Positions 36,701-46,479 of a stretch of 64,000 nt of DNA are shown one piece after another. The notes under the pieces are model-generated. The model did not search any database. It was not told the DNA's origin and saw nothing but the letters and a program-made list of their open reading frames with translations. The DNA comes from Rhodosorus marinus CCMP1338 (lineage: Eukaryota; Plantae; Rhodophyta). Position 1 is the first letter of the stretch. Each line of letters starts with the position of its first letter. Where the stretch lies: positions 1,426,001 to 1,490,000 of the forward strand of contig JAMWBK010000001.1 of assembly GCA_029953675.1 (NCBI GenBank), given 5' to 3'. The translations under genes and the position numbers were made by a program.

Positions 36701-36761
36701 CGAGAATGGTTCCAGCTACCAGAAGGTCTCCACGAGGAAGGACGACTGGGGGAATGCCCCA
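33759..36761 (-). mobile_element. Family A copy A3, 5'-truncated just inside ORF2
   Basis: Flanked by the 14-bp duplication aactggactttact (33745-33758, 36762-36775). Confidence 0.95.
33807..36635 (-). CDS. A3 ORF2, 942 aa uninterrupted: RT + zinc knuckle + RLE (lacks ~80 N-terminal aa of the full ORF2)
   Basis: VDFRNAFN, QQGDPCGP, AYHDD, CQGC..HFLGSC, RRH, IADLLV..VDLAI, VESFG. Confidence 0.95.
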   Translation of the reverse strand: MPRMILAPIHTSERRWRVRDRLALFLKGDFEVLQRSYLASSAPSARRTRHGTVSPVPARVQKLVAVGDLSRAARVLEGQAPVLPYDDSLAQTVSSLFPESDVDLSPEFEVFLDRPELARFRIDLTLSESDLEDLLRTSRRGRCPGPSGLRTELLQALSQPGQSALLRILNKLFQGVSGASAPWEHLRQAQLCLLTKPDHQPAHPRLRPIGMVESLRKLAGRWLCQRLRQRVTAFMAPLQVGVGFSGGCELITHGIELERASRPEWGVLVVDFRNAFNSVSRTHALEVLRRVFPEAWPFLSGIYGGESLPYLTTEGTVFQAHTGVQQGDPCGPLLHACALQLVLLRLSTEVSDLRICAYHDDVTLLGTPDTLARGLTAIEAIARRVGLTVETEKCRFLPPRDVSLNSLPPTLRLISEREGFEHHGVGLGTDNFVQASCERVLARHKQLTDAIEHLPDSMLQSACLLSRFCAGPRLNYWLRSLPPAWGSWIAAKADEMTLQHWGTLLDEPLDLEAAPDRDFIRAQIALPLRLGGFGVADRGLVCSPAAVASWATALRTLVTFRMRSACLLARALTNEDPVTLPPPLLTIYDGLQHAFRRCNAVPDANRSRFRSWRELLWGRAEAIEDCPLDRVLADDGEASPGSPVADYPGLSRLWSSRTDVIQHSLTWGQHSAAHTVMLNSPLTPPTTAARLRGMGGHLSHLWLTTLPSSLSHRLDAFQFRSAARIYLGLPQAPWHSNRPSFCQGCESRIDACGYHFLGSCGLLRGLRTRRHTRLKYILSEFLTRIGHTVEVESELPRSISDSAPPRCIADLLVSDAAARRSTYVDLAITCPVASAHLTAAARRRGAAASALRRVKERRYAESMASLPCAEGRSHRFQPFIVESFGHVDKSGLEWLRKCFAEHPTEYLALLRRLSVSLWRYSSDMLSEARHRRLGLHASLPSY

Positions 36762-37212
36762 AACTGGACTTTACTAGCATAGCCTGAAGCGCTACGCAAG
36801 GCGTGAAGATGAACTAATAACTAGGGAGGGAAGCATGCAACCCCAGGCGCCGATGGCGCGCCTCGGAAAGCATGTGGCTGGAATATCGCCAAAGGGAGAC
36901 ACTTAAACGCCTCAAGAGCGCCAAATATTCAGTAGGATGCTCAGCAAAACATTTCCGCAACCACTCTAAACCCGACTTATCGACGTGACCAAAGCTTTCC
37001 ACAATGAATGGCTGGAACCGGTGAGAGCGACCCTCAGCGCAAGGCAGACTGGCCATGCTCTCAGCATACCGTCGTTCCTTAACTCTTCGAAGGGCTGAAG
37101 CCGCGGCCCCCCGGCGGCGGGCGGCTGCGGTGAGGTGGGCGCTGGCCACGGGGCAGGTAATCGCAAGGTCCACATATGTTGAGCGTCTGGCAGCAGCGTC
37201 GGAGACGAGGCA
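36762..37212 (-). mobile_element. Family A copy A4, short 5'-truncated
   Basis: Matches the A3 3' end; 5' junction fuses to D in frame. Confidence 0.95.
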
Positions 37213-38252
37213 CGCCTTCGCTTGTTCTGCTTGTTTCGCAGCATGCCCGCAGTTCCAGCTCGTATGTTTCAACTGATGCCTTTGAAGTGGCGATGTCACC
37301 ATCACATCCACCACGTACACGCATCCGCTCGTCGGGTGTCGTCCAACGATGTCTGGGAGAATTCCAGACCCAGAAAAGAACCCCTGAGGCTCTACTTGTA
37401 TCTCCGTGAAATTCCATAGGTGTAACCATTGACTCAGTTCGACCTTTAGCTCGTCGTGCCTCTTGGTTCGCATCCCCGATGACGTCCTGCAGTGGTGCAG
37501 CCGCTGGATCCCACGCACATCGTGTGGTTGCTCGCAGACTGTGCACGTGTGTGACCGGCCTAGTCCTTGCAGTGGTGGCCTTAGAAGCATCCGGATGCTC
37601 CACAACATCTCATTTCGTGTCAACTGCCGCGGCCCTGTACTAAGACAGTCGCGTAGCCAGACCCCGCACCCCGTTCCAGATGCCGATCCGATCCTATCCC
37701 GGTCTATGTCGTCCAGTGTTGAGTCTCCAGTAAGCTCCTCAAAGGCTTGTCGGTGACACTCTCGAGAGAGTGTTTTTTTGGATCGGACCGTCAAACCTTT
37801 GGGTACCTGCTGTGTCTTCTGCTGTGCCTTCGGCCGAGTCCTCCAGCGGTTGCCAATCGGCCAGCCTCTGGATGCGTGCACTGGTGGTCGCTGGCAAACG
37901 TCGTCTAATTGCGCGACTTGCCTGGACCAGTTGCCAAGCAAATGCATCGGTTGTCCATCGAAGTCGCACCCGTGGCAGCGATTCTCCTTGTGCTGCCGCA
38001 ATACGCTCCTGGGAAAGCCGTTCGAGGTAGCGTGATTCTGTGGTGTTCTCTTGCACGCTGTGTTTCCACCCTGCATGGAAGGGAACTGGTTGAATTCTCG
38101 TGCGCGTGGCAAAGCCAAGTCCTCCCCATCGACACGGGAGTCGAACCTGTTTCTCAACCGCTGCAGCCCCACGTGCGGTGATATCCTGGTGTTGACATAG
38201 GCCTCCACACATGCTTTCAAGCTCCGAGAGGGTGATCGCGTCCGCCTCGCCC
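37213..38252 (-). mobile_element. Family D 5'-truncated body (post-RT region, zinc knuckle, first half of RLE)
   Basis: RLPCRWGGLGF, CTVC..LHHC..KRHDEL..LPDIVG..VDVMV. Confidence 0.88.
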
Positions 38253-38520
38253 CCCCAGACTAATGTAGCTAGAAAGCGGTGAACTCGTAGTGGGGGTTCC
38301 ATGTTGACATCAAGCTCGTACTGCTCGCCCGTGTCGTGATGACGAACAACACTGTCGGGTCGAAGACAACTACTCTCAAAGAGCCCGGAGGGGTTCAACT
38401 TGAATCTCAAGAGGGTACCACCGTCGTAGGTGACGCGCAACGCAAGTTCATCGCGAATGCAATTATGTCACTGAGTCCAATTCCCGGCCGAGGCAGAGCA
38501 TTGGAATAAGCGTTGTGACA
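38253..38520 (-). mobile_element. Family E RLE fragment
   Basis: QRLFQC..HNCIRDEL..LRPDSVVRHHDTG..LDV; ends at ttagtctgggg. Confidence 0.75.
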
Positions 38521-38827
38521 AGAAGTATGCAACCAAGTTTTCCTGCCCAGTCAAATTCTGTCTTATTTATTTCAATTCCGAAGCTTCAAACCAAAGGTTT
38601 TCAATCCACAGACCATCGTAACCACAACCACGTAATAGTATCCATTATTGGGCAGCTGCCTAACGCAGAACAGTACTGCCTGGCCAATGTCACAGAGCAC
38701 CAAGCAACATCCAAAGTCATCTTTCTCTCCTGCATTGGGGCCAGCGCGCCGACTCGAGCTCCCAACGGATCCTCTCCAAACAGATTGTATGAGCTAATCT
38801 GGTACAACTCAAAAGAGGAAACATGCT

Positions 38828-40081
38828 CTAGCCTATTCGGTATAAATTAGACCATGTGCCCACGTAGTAATCGTCCCCTTCTCCACCAACCAAAATATCG
38901 TTTCCCCCACTAGATCCCAGAGGACCCACGAAAATATCGTTTCCTCGTCCGCCATATATCCTGTCCTGCTGACGATCAAAACCTCCGTTACTGAAATAAT
39001 CGTCTCCAGTCTGCCCGTACATGATGTCCGCCATATGGTGGCTTCCCGCTGACCAGAAGCGATCGTCGCCGTCACCTCCCAGGCCTTTCCCGGCCATAAA
39101 AAGAATATCATCACCATCATCTCCATAGAAAGTATTGAAATCAATGGACGTGTCGTACAAAAAGTCGTCCCCGTCGCCGCCAACGTGTTTGTCCACACCA
39201 CTTCCACCTAGTATTCTATCATCATCTTTACCTCCATACATTTTATCATTACCGTCGTGGCCATATATGTAGTCTCTACCACTACCTCCTCTGATACTAT
39301 CATTACCGTCCCCACCAAAGATCACGTCATCACCCCCTAGTCCGTCTATCTTGTCGTTTCCTCCCATACCGTAGATGTAGTCCTTCCAGGGAGTTCCGCG
39401 GATCACGTCATCCCCCTCCGTTCCATAAATCACATTCCTACAGATCGTGCTCAAAGAGCATATTCGATCTCCCCCGCTACGCTTCTTGCACTTTTCGGAG
39501 GTAACAGCACGCGTAAGACGTACAACCTCGCTGTCAACATCTATCATGTCGACCTCTGCCACAAAGCATGGAAAGCAACAATCACCATGTTGAGTTTTCG
39601 GGATGTCTTTCATCTTCACAGTAAACTTCAACCTGTTTGAGTAGTCAAGCACATTCTCAAACGAGAATTCGTCGCTGTGGAAGAACTTCGTGGTTCCAAA
39701 CGGTATCCGCTCACAGTCGGAATGGAAACCGAAACGGTATCCCTTGATCAGGTGGGTGATCTTCGAATAATCCGCAGGCCTCCTAAGGAATTTACCGTTC
39801 ACGTCATACCGAGCGTCGAGCTTTACCACGATATCCTTTCCTGAGACTTTTATAGTCACCCTGACAACTCTCTTGGTGAATCCCTTGAAAGAAAGCACAT
39901 AGTTCGCATCCGGAAGTCTTTTGACAATATTGTCCTCGTTTACCACCGACTTGCATGTTGCAGGTCTTGCAGCCAGCAGCTCACCCAACTCAATCCTCTT
40001 GTCAGTGGGCACCCCAAGGCCGCCGTGGAAAACCACAAACACAACCAGGCAGACTAGCAAACACTCAACCTTACCAGACAT
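38828..40081 (-). CDS. Secreted RTX/hemolysin-type Ca-binding repeat protein, 417 aa
   Basis: Hydrophobic N-terminus, Cys-containing ~200-aa domain, then many GGxGxD repeats; intronless. Confidence 0.92.
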   Translation of the reverse strand: MSGKVECLLVCLVVFVVFHGGLGVPTDKRIELGELLAARPATCKSVVNEDNIVKRLPDANYVLSFKGFTKRVVRVTIKVSGKDIVVKLDARYDVNGKFLRRPADYSKITHLIKGYRFGFHSDCERIPFGTTKFFHSDEFSFENVLDYSNRLKFTVKMKDIPKTQHGDCCFPCFVAEVDMIDVDSEVVRLTRAVTSEKCKKRSGGDRICSLSTICRNVIYGTEGDDVIRGTPWKDYIYGMGGNDKIDGLGGDDVIFGGDGNDSIRGGSGRDYIYGHDGNDKMYGGKDDDRILGGSGVDKHVGGDGDDFLYDTSIDFNTFYGDDGDDILFMAGKGLGGDGDDRFWSAGSHHMADIMYGQTGDDYFSNGGFDRQQDRIYGGRGNDIFVGPLGSSGGNDILVGGEGDDYYVGTWSNLYRIG

Positions 40082-40546
40082 CTTGCAATCAAGCGCAAAT
40101 CAGGAAAACATAAGAAAACGAAGCATACAACACCAAGCCCCTTTCAGCTCATAGCCCGCCCTACTCCACAACACCCCCTTCCCATAGAAGCTCCAGTGCC
40201 TCGCGCCCTTTTAAGTACCCTTCACGCCTAGCGTAGCGCTATAATCGTGAAACCAGTACATTCCAAAAAATAATCACGGCGATCACCGCGATATCGTCGG
40301 CAACCCAAGTCGCTCATCTACTCGCACAGACGAGGGTAAAAACTCCTCCGACTGTACTCCGACTGTACTCCAGCAAAACTGGTTTTTACCAAATAAAACC
40401 AGCCAACTGTACTCCGACCGGTGTTTCGGGAGCGGAGACAAAAAAAAAACACCAACCTACAAACCACCCAAGTAATACAAGCGCAGCCCACATACGTCCC
40501 CAGATAGCTAATCCAAACACCGTTGAAGTGAACGTTTACCTGCAGT

Positions 40547-41060
40547 GAATGAATGGTTTAATCGGAGGCTGAAAAAAAAAAAACCCCCGAGGGGAAAAAA
40601 AGACTAAGCGCGGCGAAGTACTCGCGCCTCCAACATCAAAGCGGCATTCATGCGCCACAGCAGGAAACTTAAGCGGGTAAACAACGATTGAAGACGGTCA
40701 GGGCGTTCGCGGAACAACTCCCGAAGCCAGCGAGAACCAACAGAGTCCATGAACCCAAAGCACTCAATGATCAGGGGTACCAAGCGATGTGCTAGTGCCG
40801 AAGCACGAACACCAGGGGAAGACAAAGCCCCCGCGTATTTGATCTCTTTGCGGCGTCTCATGCTGGCGGCGGCAGATCCACGGCGCTCCCCCGCAGCCGG
40901 GAGATAACGACTAGCTTGAGGGTTGGGAACAGCAAGATCAACGTATGTGGTACGGCGGCTGTCGTCACAGGTTATCACCAGGTCGGCTACACGGCGTTCA
41001 TCATTTTGAAAGTCCGCGACGGGTAAAGGTTTCTCACGTTCGATTTCCAGACCGGCTTGC
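40547..41060 (-). mobile_element. 5'-truncated family B copy
   Basis: Matches the B1 3' end; 10-bp TSD tacctgcagt at 40537-40546 and 41071-41080; ~10 extra nt at the 5' junction. Confidence 0.95.
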
Positions 41061-41679
41061 TGCCACGCTGTACCTGCAGTACAGTGTGTTTGTAAAACCA
41101 TCCACCATAGGAAGTAGTCTTCTACCCCGCTCTGGGGTCTCCTTAGCCTAGCCCCCTCCTGCTTTGCTTGCATCTCCATAGCGCTACATTCGGTAGTTTG
41201 AATAAACGGAAACAGTGAAAGCTATCAACGTCATTAACCACCATAGTCCCCCCCTAAGCGGTCAGACTATTAGTTCGAATGAATCCTGACCGATAGCAGG
41301 TGTAGCGGGTGTACTCCACTGACCACACTAGCTCGGGGTGGGAGGGGGGGGGAATCTCATACGGTGAATGAATGGGCAAAATCGACGACTGGAAAAGCGG
41401 GAATTGGAGAAGAAGACTAGGTGTAGCGAAGATAGGGGAATCTGTTGCGGCGGTTGGCATCCGCCGTCCAAATTTACAGTTGCGTTCGGTGAACTTCGGC
41501 AGGAGACGTTTTAGTACGGATATGTAAATGCGGGCATGGTGTTTTCTGGTATTTTCTGGTAAGACCATCAACTAGCAAGCGGGCGATCCATTCCGATGTA
41601 TCGCGCTGACTTCTTTTTGGCTTTGTGCGGTTGAAACCTTCTCTGCGGGAGGTATTCCGCGACCGCGCCACACCCCCGT

Positions 41680-41812
41680 CTTCAATCGTTGTTTACCCGG
41701 CTTGAGTTTCTTGTTGTGGAGTATGGACGCTGTTTTGAAATTGAAGGTGTGCGCGACCTTTGCCGAAGACGCGTTAGTCTTCTTCAGTCTCCGATAAATA
41801 AACCATTTCGCT
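41680..41812 (+). mobile_element. Degenerate B 3' fragment
   Basis: ccgtcttcaatcgttgtttaccc...ctccgata..aaaccatt. Confidence 0.75.
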
Positions 41813-41974
41813 TTTTGCTACAACAAAATCCCTCCCCCCAAAAAAATAAAACAAGGAAAAACCAGCGTAGAGCAGTTCTTGATTAGATTGTTTCGACTAA
41901 ATAATTTCCAACTGTTTCGAGGGAAAAAAAAAAAGCGAAACGGCGAGTCGGCAAAGTGTACCCCAGCAGTGGTC

Positions 41975-42244
41975 CCCTGGTGTTCGTGCTTCGGCACTAG
42001 CACATCGCTTGGTACCCCTGATCATTGAGTGCTTTGGGTTCATGGACTCTGTTGGTTCTCGCTGGCTTCGGGAGTTGTTCCGCGAACGCCCTGACCGTCT
42101 TCAATCGTTGTTTACCCGCTTAAGTTTCCTGCTGTGGCGCATGAATGCCGCTTTGATGTTGGAGGCGCGAGTACTTCGCCGCGCTTAGTCTTTTTTTCCC
42201 CTCGGGGTTTTTTTTTTTTTCAGCCTCCGATTAAACCATTCATT
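41975..42244 (+). mobile_element. 5'-truncated family B copy
   Basis: 11-bp TSD cagcagtggtc at 41964-41974 and 42245-42255. Confidence 0.95.
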
Positions 42245-42546
42245 CAGCAGTGGTCGCAGCGGGAGTACACACCCGCCTAGTGGATGCTGTGGGCGATGGT
42301 TGTGCTGGAGATGGGTTGGTGGGATGTTTCTTTTGTCTTTCTAAGTAGATCTGGACCAAGATGCTGCACAGTTTCTCCAAAGGGGATTGTACTGATACTT
42401 GTGTTCAAGATGGTACTTAAGGTCGTATGGGGTGATGGAATTTGGGCCAGGAGAGGGTGTCGGGGGAGGACTGGCGAGCTGAAGCCTTTTTATTGGAGTA
42501 AGGGTTTGGATCTCTTTTTTTTTAAAGTCTGAGCTTGGTTTTCAAG

Positions 42547-43881
42547 ATGCGTGGTAAGGTTGGCATAATGTTTCTGAGCTTGGTGCTCTCTGCCGCGTGC
42601 GGTGGTCTTGGAGCTCCAACGAGTTTGAGCAGTGGGCTTCCCGGGCTGTTGACCGTGAGGGCAGCCGAAACATGCAATAGTGTTTTGGAAAGAACGATTG
42701 ACGAAGATCTCCCGAACACGAACTACGAGCTTTCGTTCAAGGGTTTCAAGAGAACCGTTGTGAACGTAAAGTTGCGTTTATGGAAGTCTAAGGGTGGTAA
42801 ACTTTGGTTCAAGTGGAAGTTGGACGCACGTTACGACCGGAGTGGCGACTTCCTTGGAAACAGTAACAATTGGAAAATTGATCACTTGATCAAGGGCTAC
42901 CGTCTCGGGTTACATTCCGATTGTGAGCGGATACCGTTTGGAAACGACAAGTTCTCCATCAGCGACGAATTCTCGTATGGGAATGTGGAGAAATACCCTA
43001 AATACGTGAAATTTGCTACGACTATGAAAGACATCCCGGCAACTAAGCATGGAAATTGTTGCTTTCCATGCTTTGTGCTTGAGGTCGACTTGATAGATCG
43101 CGACAGCGAGGCTGTACGTCCTGTGCGTGCTGTTACCTCAGAAAAGTGCGAGAAGCGTAGCGGGGGAGATCGAATATGTTCCTTCGACACGATTTGCAAA
43201 AACGTGATTTATGGAACGGAGGGCGACGACGTGATCCACGGAACTTCTGGGAAGGACTATATCTACGGTCTGGGAGGAGACGACGTGATTATAGGACTGC
43301 AGGGGGATGACGTGATCTTTGGTGGGGACGGTGATGATACAATAGAGGGAGGTGATGGTAATGACTACATATACGGCGAGGATGGTGATGATAACTTAGA
43401 CGGAGAGGATGGGGATGACAAAATTGATGGTGGAGACGGCAGGGACGAGATGCGCGGCGGGTCTGGGAACGATAAAATGTATGGTGGAGCAGATTCAGAT
43501 TTCGTCCAAGGAGGTGGCGGGGACGATATGATATTTGGAGGAGGTGGTCGAGATTTCCTCAGCGGGGACTCCACAGCGCACAGTTCCCGTGGCGGCAACG
43601 ATGTAATATATGGTGGCTCAGGACCTGATCAAATCTTCGACACCGCAGGTAATAATCGTCTCTATGGTGAAGAAGGTAACGATCATATCTTTGGAAGACC
43701 GGGTGCTTACATGGATGGTGGGGAAGGCAAAGATCATCTCAGAGAATTTGGCGAAGGGATCAATATGTACGGTGGTCCTGGGGACGACTTTATTCAAGGT
43801 ATTGGCTCAGATCCTCTGGATCAGGACGGTTTTGATGTCCATCTGCCGGGCGACCGAACCAAACCTATACAGTTTGGCTAA
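42547..43881 (+). CDS. Secreted RTX/hemolysin-type Ca-binding repeat protein, paralog of 38828-40081
   Basis: First ATG 42547; shared HLIKGYR.G.HSDCERIPFG, CCFPCFV and RAVTSEKC motifs; longer repeat tract. Confidence 0.92.
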   Translation: MRGKVGIMFLSLVLSAACGGLGAPTSLSSGLPGLLTVRAAETCNSVLERTIDEDLPNTNYELSFKGFKRTVVNVKLRLWKSKGGKLWFKWKLDARYDRSGDFLGNSNNWKIDHLIKGYRLGLHSDCERIPFGNDKFSISDEFSYGNVEKYPKYVKFATTMKDIPATKHGNCCFPCFVLEVDLIDRDSEAVRPVRAVTSEKCEKRSGGDRICSFDTICKNVIYGTEGDDVIHGTSGKDYIYGLGGDDVIIGLQGDDVIFGGDGDDTIEGGDGNDYIYGEDGDDNLDGEDGDDKIDGGDGRDEMRGGSGNDKMYGGADSDFVQGGGGDDMIFGGGGRDFLSGDSTAHSSRGGNDVIYGGSGPDQIFDTAGNNRLYGEEGNDHIFGRPGAYMDGGEGKDHLREFGEGINMYGGPGDDFIQGIGSDPLDQDGFDVHLPGDRTKPIQFG

Positions 43882-43949
43882 GAAAGTAATATTTTCTGTG
43901 GAGCGAGAGAGTTTCCACGTGCGATGAGGCCAGTTGAAAGTTTTTTAAT

Positions 43950-46220
43950 TCCTTTTCACGCCTTGCGTAGCGCTATGCTAATAAAAACCAGTTGAAAGCT
44001 ATGCCAGTAAAAACGTAAAAACGTACGAGGCGTTACACTCGGTTCAAGTACATTCTCAGCGAATGTTTGACTCGCGTAGGGCATACGGTTGAGGTGGAAT
44101 CGGAACTACCCATATCGGTCTCGGATAGGGCACCGCCCCGCTGTATCCCAGATCTCCTCGTCTCCGATGCTGCTGCCAGACGCTCGGCATATGTTGACCT
44201 CGCGATCACGTGCCCTGTGGCAAGCGCCCATCTCACGGCTGCAGCCCGCTGCCGGGGAGCAGCGCGGCTTCGGCCCTTCGCCGCGTAAAGGAACGACGGT
44301 ATGCTGAGAGTATGGCCAGTCTGCCTCGCGCTGAGGGTCGCTCTCACCGGTTCCAGCCTTTCATTGTGGAAAACTTTGGTCACATGGAGAAGTCGAGTTT
44401 GGAGTGGTTGCGGAAATGTTTCGCTGAGCATCCTGTTGAATACTTGGAACTTTTGCGGCGTTTAAGTCTCTCTCTGGCGATATTCCAGTAGCATGCTTGC
44501 TGAGGGCACGCTATAGGCGCCTGGGTTTGCACGCTTCCCTACCTAGTTCTTAGTTCATTTTCACGCCTTGCGTAGCGCTTCAGGCTACGCTAATAAAAGC
44601 CAGTAAATACCAGGTGGCGACGAGTTCGCACGATCTCACGCCTGGAGGGCTGATAGCCATTATCAGTCCTGCGTGTAATTTTCAGTGCCAGGAGAAAAGT
44701 ACCCCTCTCTGCGATATTCTGGCTGCATGTTTGCCGAGGCTCGGAATCGTCGCCTTTGTGTTTCCACGCTTTTCTCCCTAGCTCGTGTTCTCTTTCACAC
44801 TTGCCGAGCACTTCAGGCTATGCTCGTAAAAACCATTAAGAGAATAGCCGTGAAGGTGGAATAGTAACTGCCCAGATTAGTTTCGGGCACGGCGTCGCCC
44901 CGCTGCGCCTCAGATCTCCTATCACACACAGTGCCAGCACAGTAAGACCCACGCAGTCTTGCTCAACTCTCCCCTCACACGGCTCACCACCGCCGCTCTC
45001 CTCCGCGGCCTGGGAGGCCATTCATCGCGCTTGTGGTTAACCACTCTGCCTTGGTCACTAGGTCACCGTCTCGATGCCTTCCAGTTCCGCTCTGCCGCAC
45101 GGATCTACCTGGGTTTGCCACAAGCTCCGTGGCACTCTAATCAACCGTATTTCTGCAGGGATGTGCGAGTCGGATTGACGCTTGAGTTGCCACTTCTTGG
45201 GTTAATGCGGACTGCTGAGAGGTCTCCGTACGAGGAGTCGCACTCGCCTCAAGTACATCCTCAGCGCATGTTTGACTCGGGTACGGCAACGCTTGAGGTG
45301 TAATCGGAACTGCCCAGATCGGTCTCGGACACGGCGCTCCCCCGCCGGATCCCAAATCTCCTCGTCTCAGACACTGCCTCCAGACGCTCAGTATACGTGG
45401 ACCTCGGGATCACATGCCCTGTGGTGATATGCTAGCAGCTTGTTTGCCGAGCCGCGCCATTGCCGCGTGGGTTTGCACGCTTCTCTCCGTAGTTCTTAGT
45501 CTGCGCTAGCCAAAAATGGTAAAAACAGTAAAAACGACTGCTTTTTGTTTAGCAGTAAAACCCTTGTTTTGTGAATCGTAACTAACACTTATGTATACGG
45601 TGGTATTCCAGCAGCATGCTGGCCGAAGCCCGCCATCGGCGCCTGGGTTTGCACGTTTTCCTCCCTAGGTCTTAGTTCCGTTTTCACGCCTTGTCTAGCG
45701 CTTCAGGCTATGCTAATAAAAACCAAGTTCACAGCTCGTAATGAAGTCCTCGCACCTGACAGCCTTTTGTACAGATTGAACTCACGCAAAAAAGTACAGC
45801 CCATCTTAGGCAAGGGGTCTAAGTTCAATCTATACGAAAAAATGATTGCACTTTTCCGCATTTCCGTCGCGTTATTACATCTGGTTTTATGATATCTCGC
45901 ATCCTGACTTGTACTGGTTTTACTGGTCTTACTGGTTTTACTGGTTGAACTGGTTCTACCAGCAAAGAAAGAAACTCATCGCCATGTTTCGATCCTGGGA
46001 CCGCTGGAGTTATGAGCCCAGAACGCTATACACTGTGCGATGATGAGCTGGTTTAACTGGTTCTCGCTGGTTTTTACGAGCATAGCCTGTAGCGCAAGGC
46101 GTGAAAAGTAACTAAGAACTAGGGAGGGAAGCGTGAAACCCTAGGCGCCGATGCCGCGCCTCGGCAAGTATTCGGCTAGAACATCGCCACATGCGAAACT
46201 TAAACCTTGTAAGAGTTCCA
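43950..46220. mobile_element. Cluster of decayed A-subfamily fragments and isolated 3' ends
   Basis: RLE piece 44030-44600 (+), 44950-45430 (+), A-type ends near 43955, 44570, 45690 (+) and 46080 (-); degenerate tail repeats at ~45910-45960. Confidence 0.85.
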
Positions 46221-46479
46221 AGTATTCGATACGATATAGAATATCACCACATGGCGGCACTTCAACGGTGGCAGAGCTCCAAGTATTCGATAGGGTGTAG
46301 TGTTGACGAATAGGCTCTATCTCTTTTAGCAAAAAATCGGAAAGAGAGTTTGTACTAGACAAGGGAGTTTCCTCGCGATCATTACTTGTACGTTTCCGAA
46401 CAAGGGAGCCCTTTGCGTGGGCCTTAAAGGGAGTATTCGACAGATGCGGGCATGTTGCAATATGCGGAACACAAATTGC

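Noticed and set aside
7910-36780. ATG in the A tail (MLVKS) supplying a start codon to downstream truncated copies
   Set aside because: In frame at 8200 and 33773 but out of frame at 36780 and ~52100; consistent with chance
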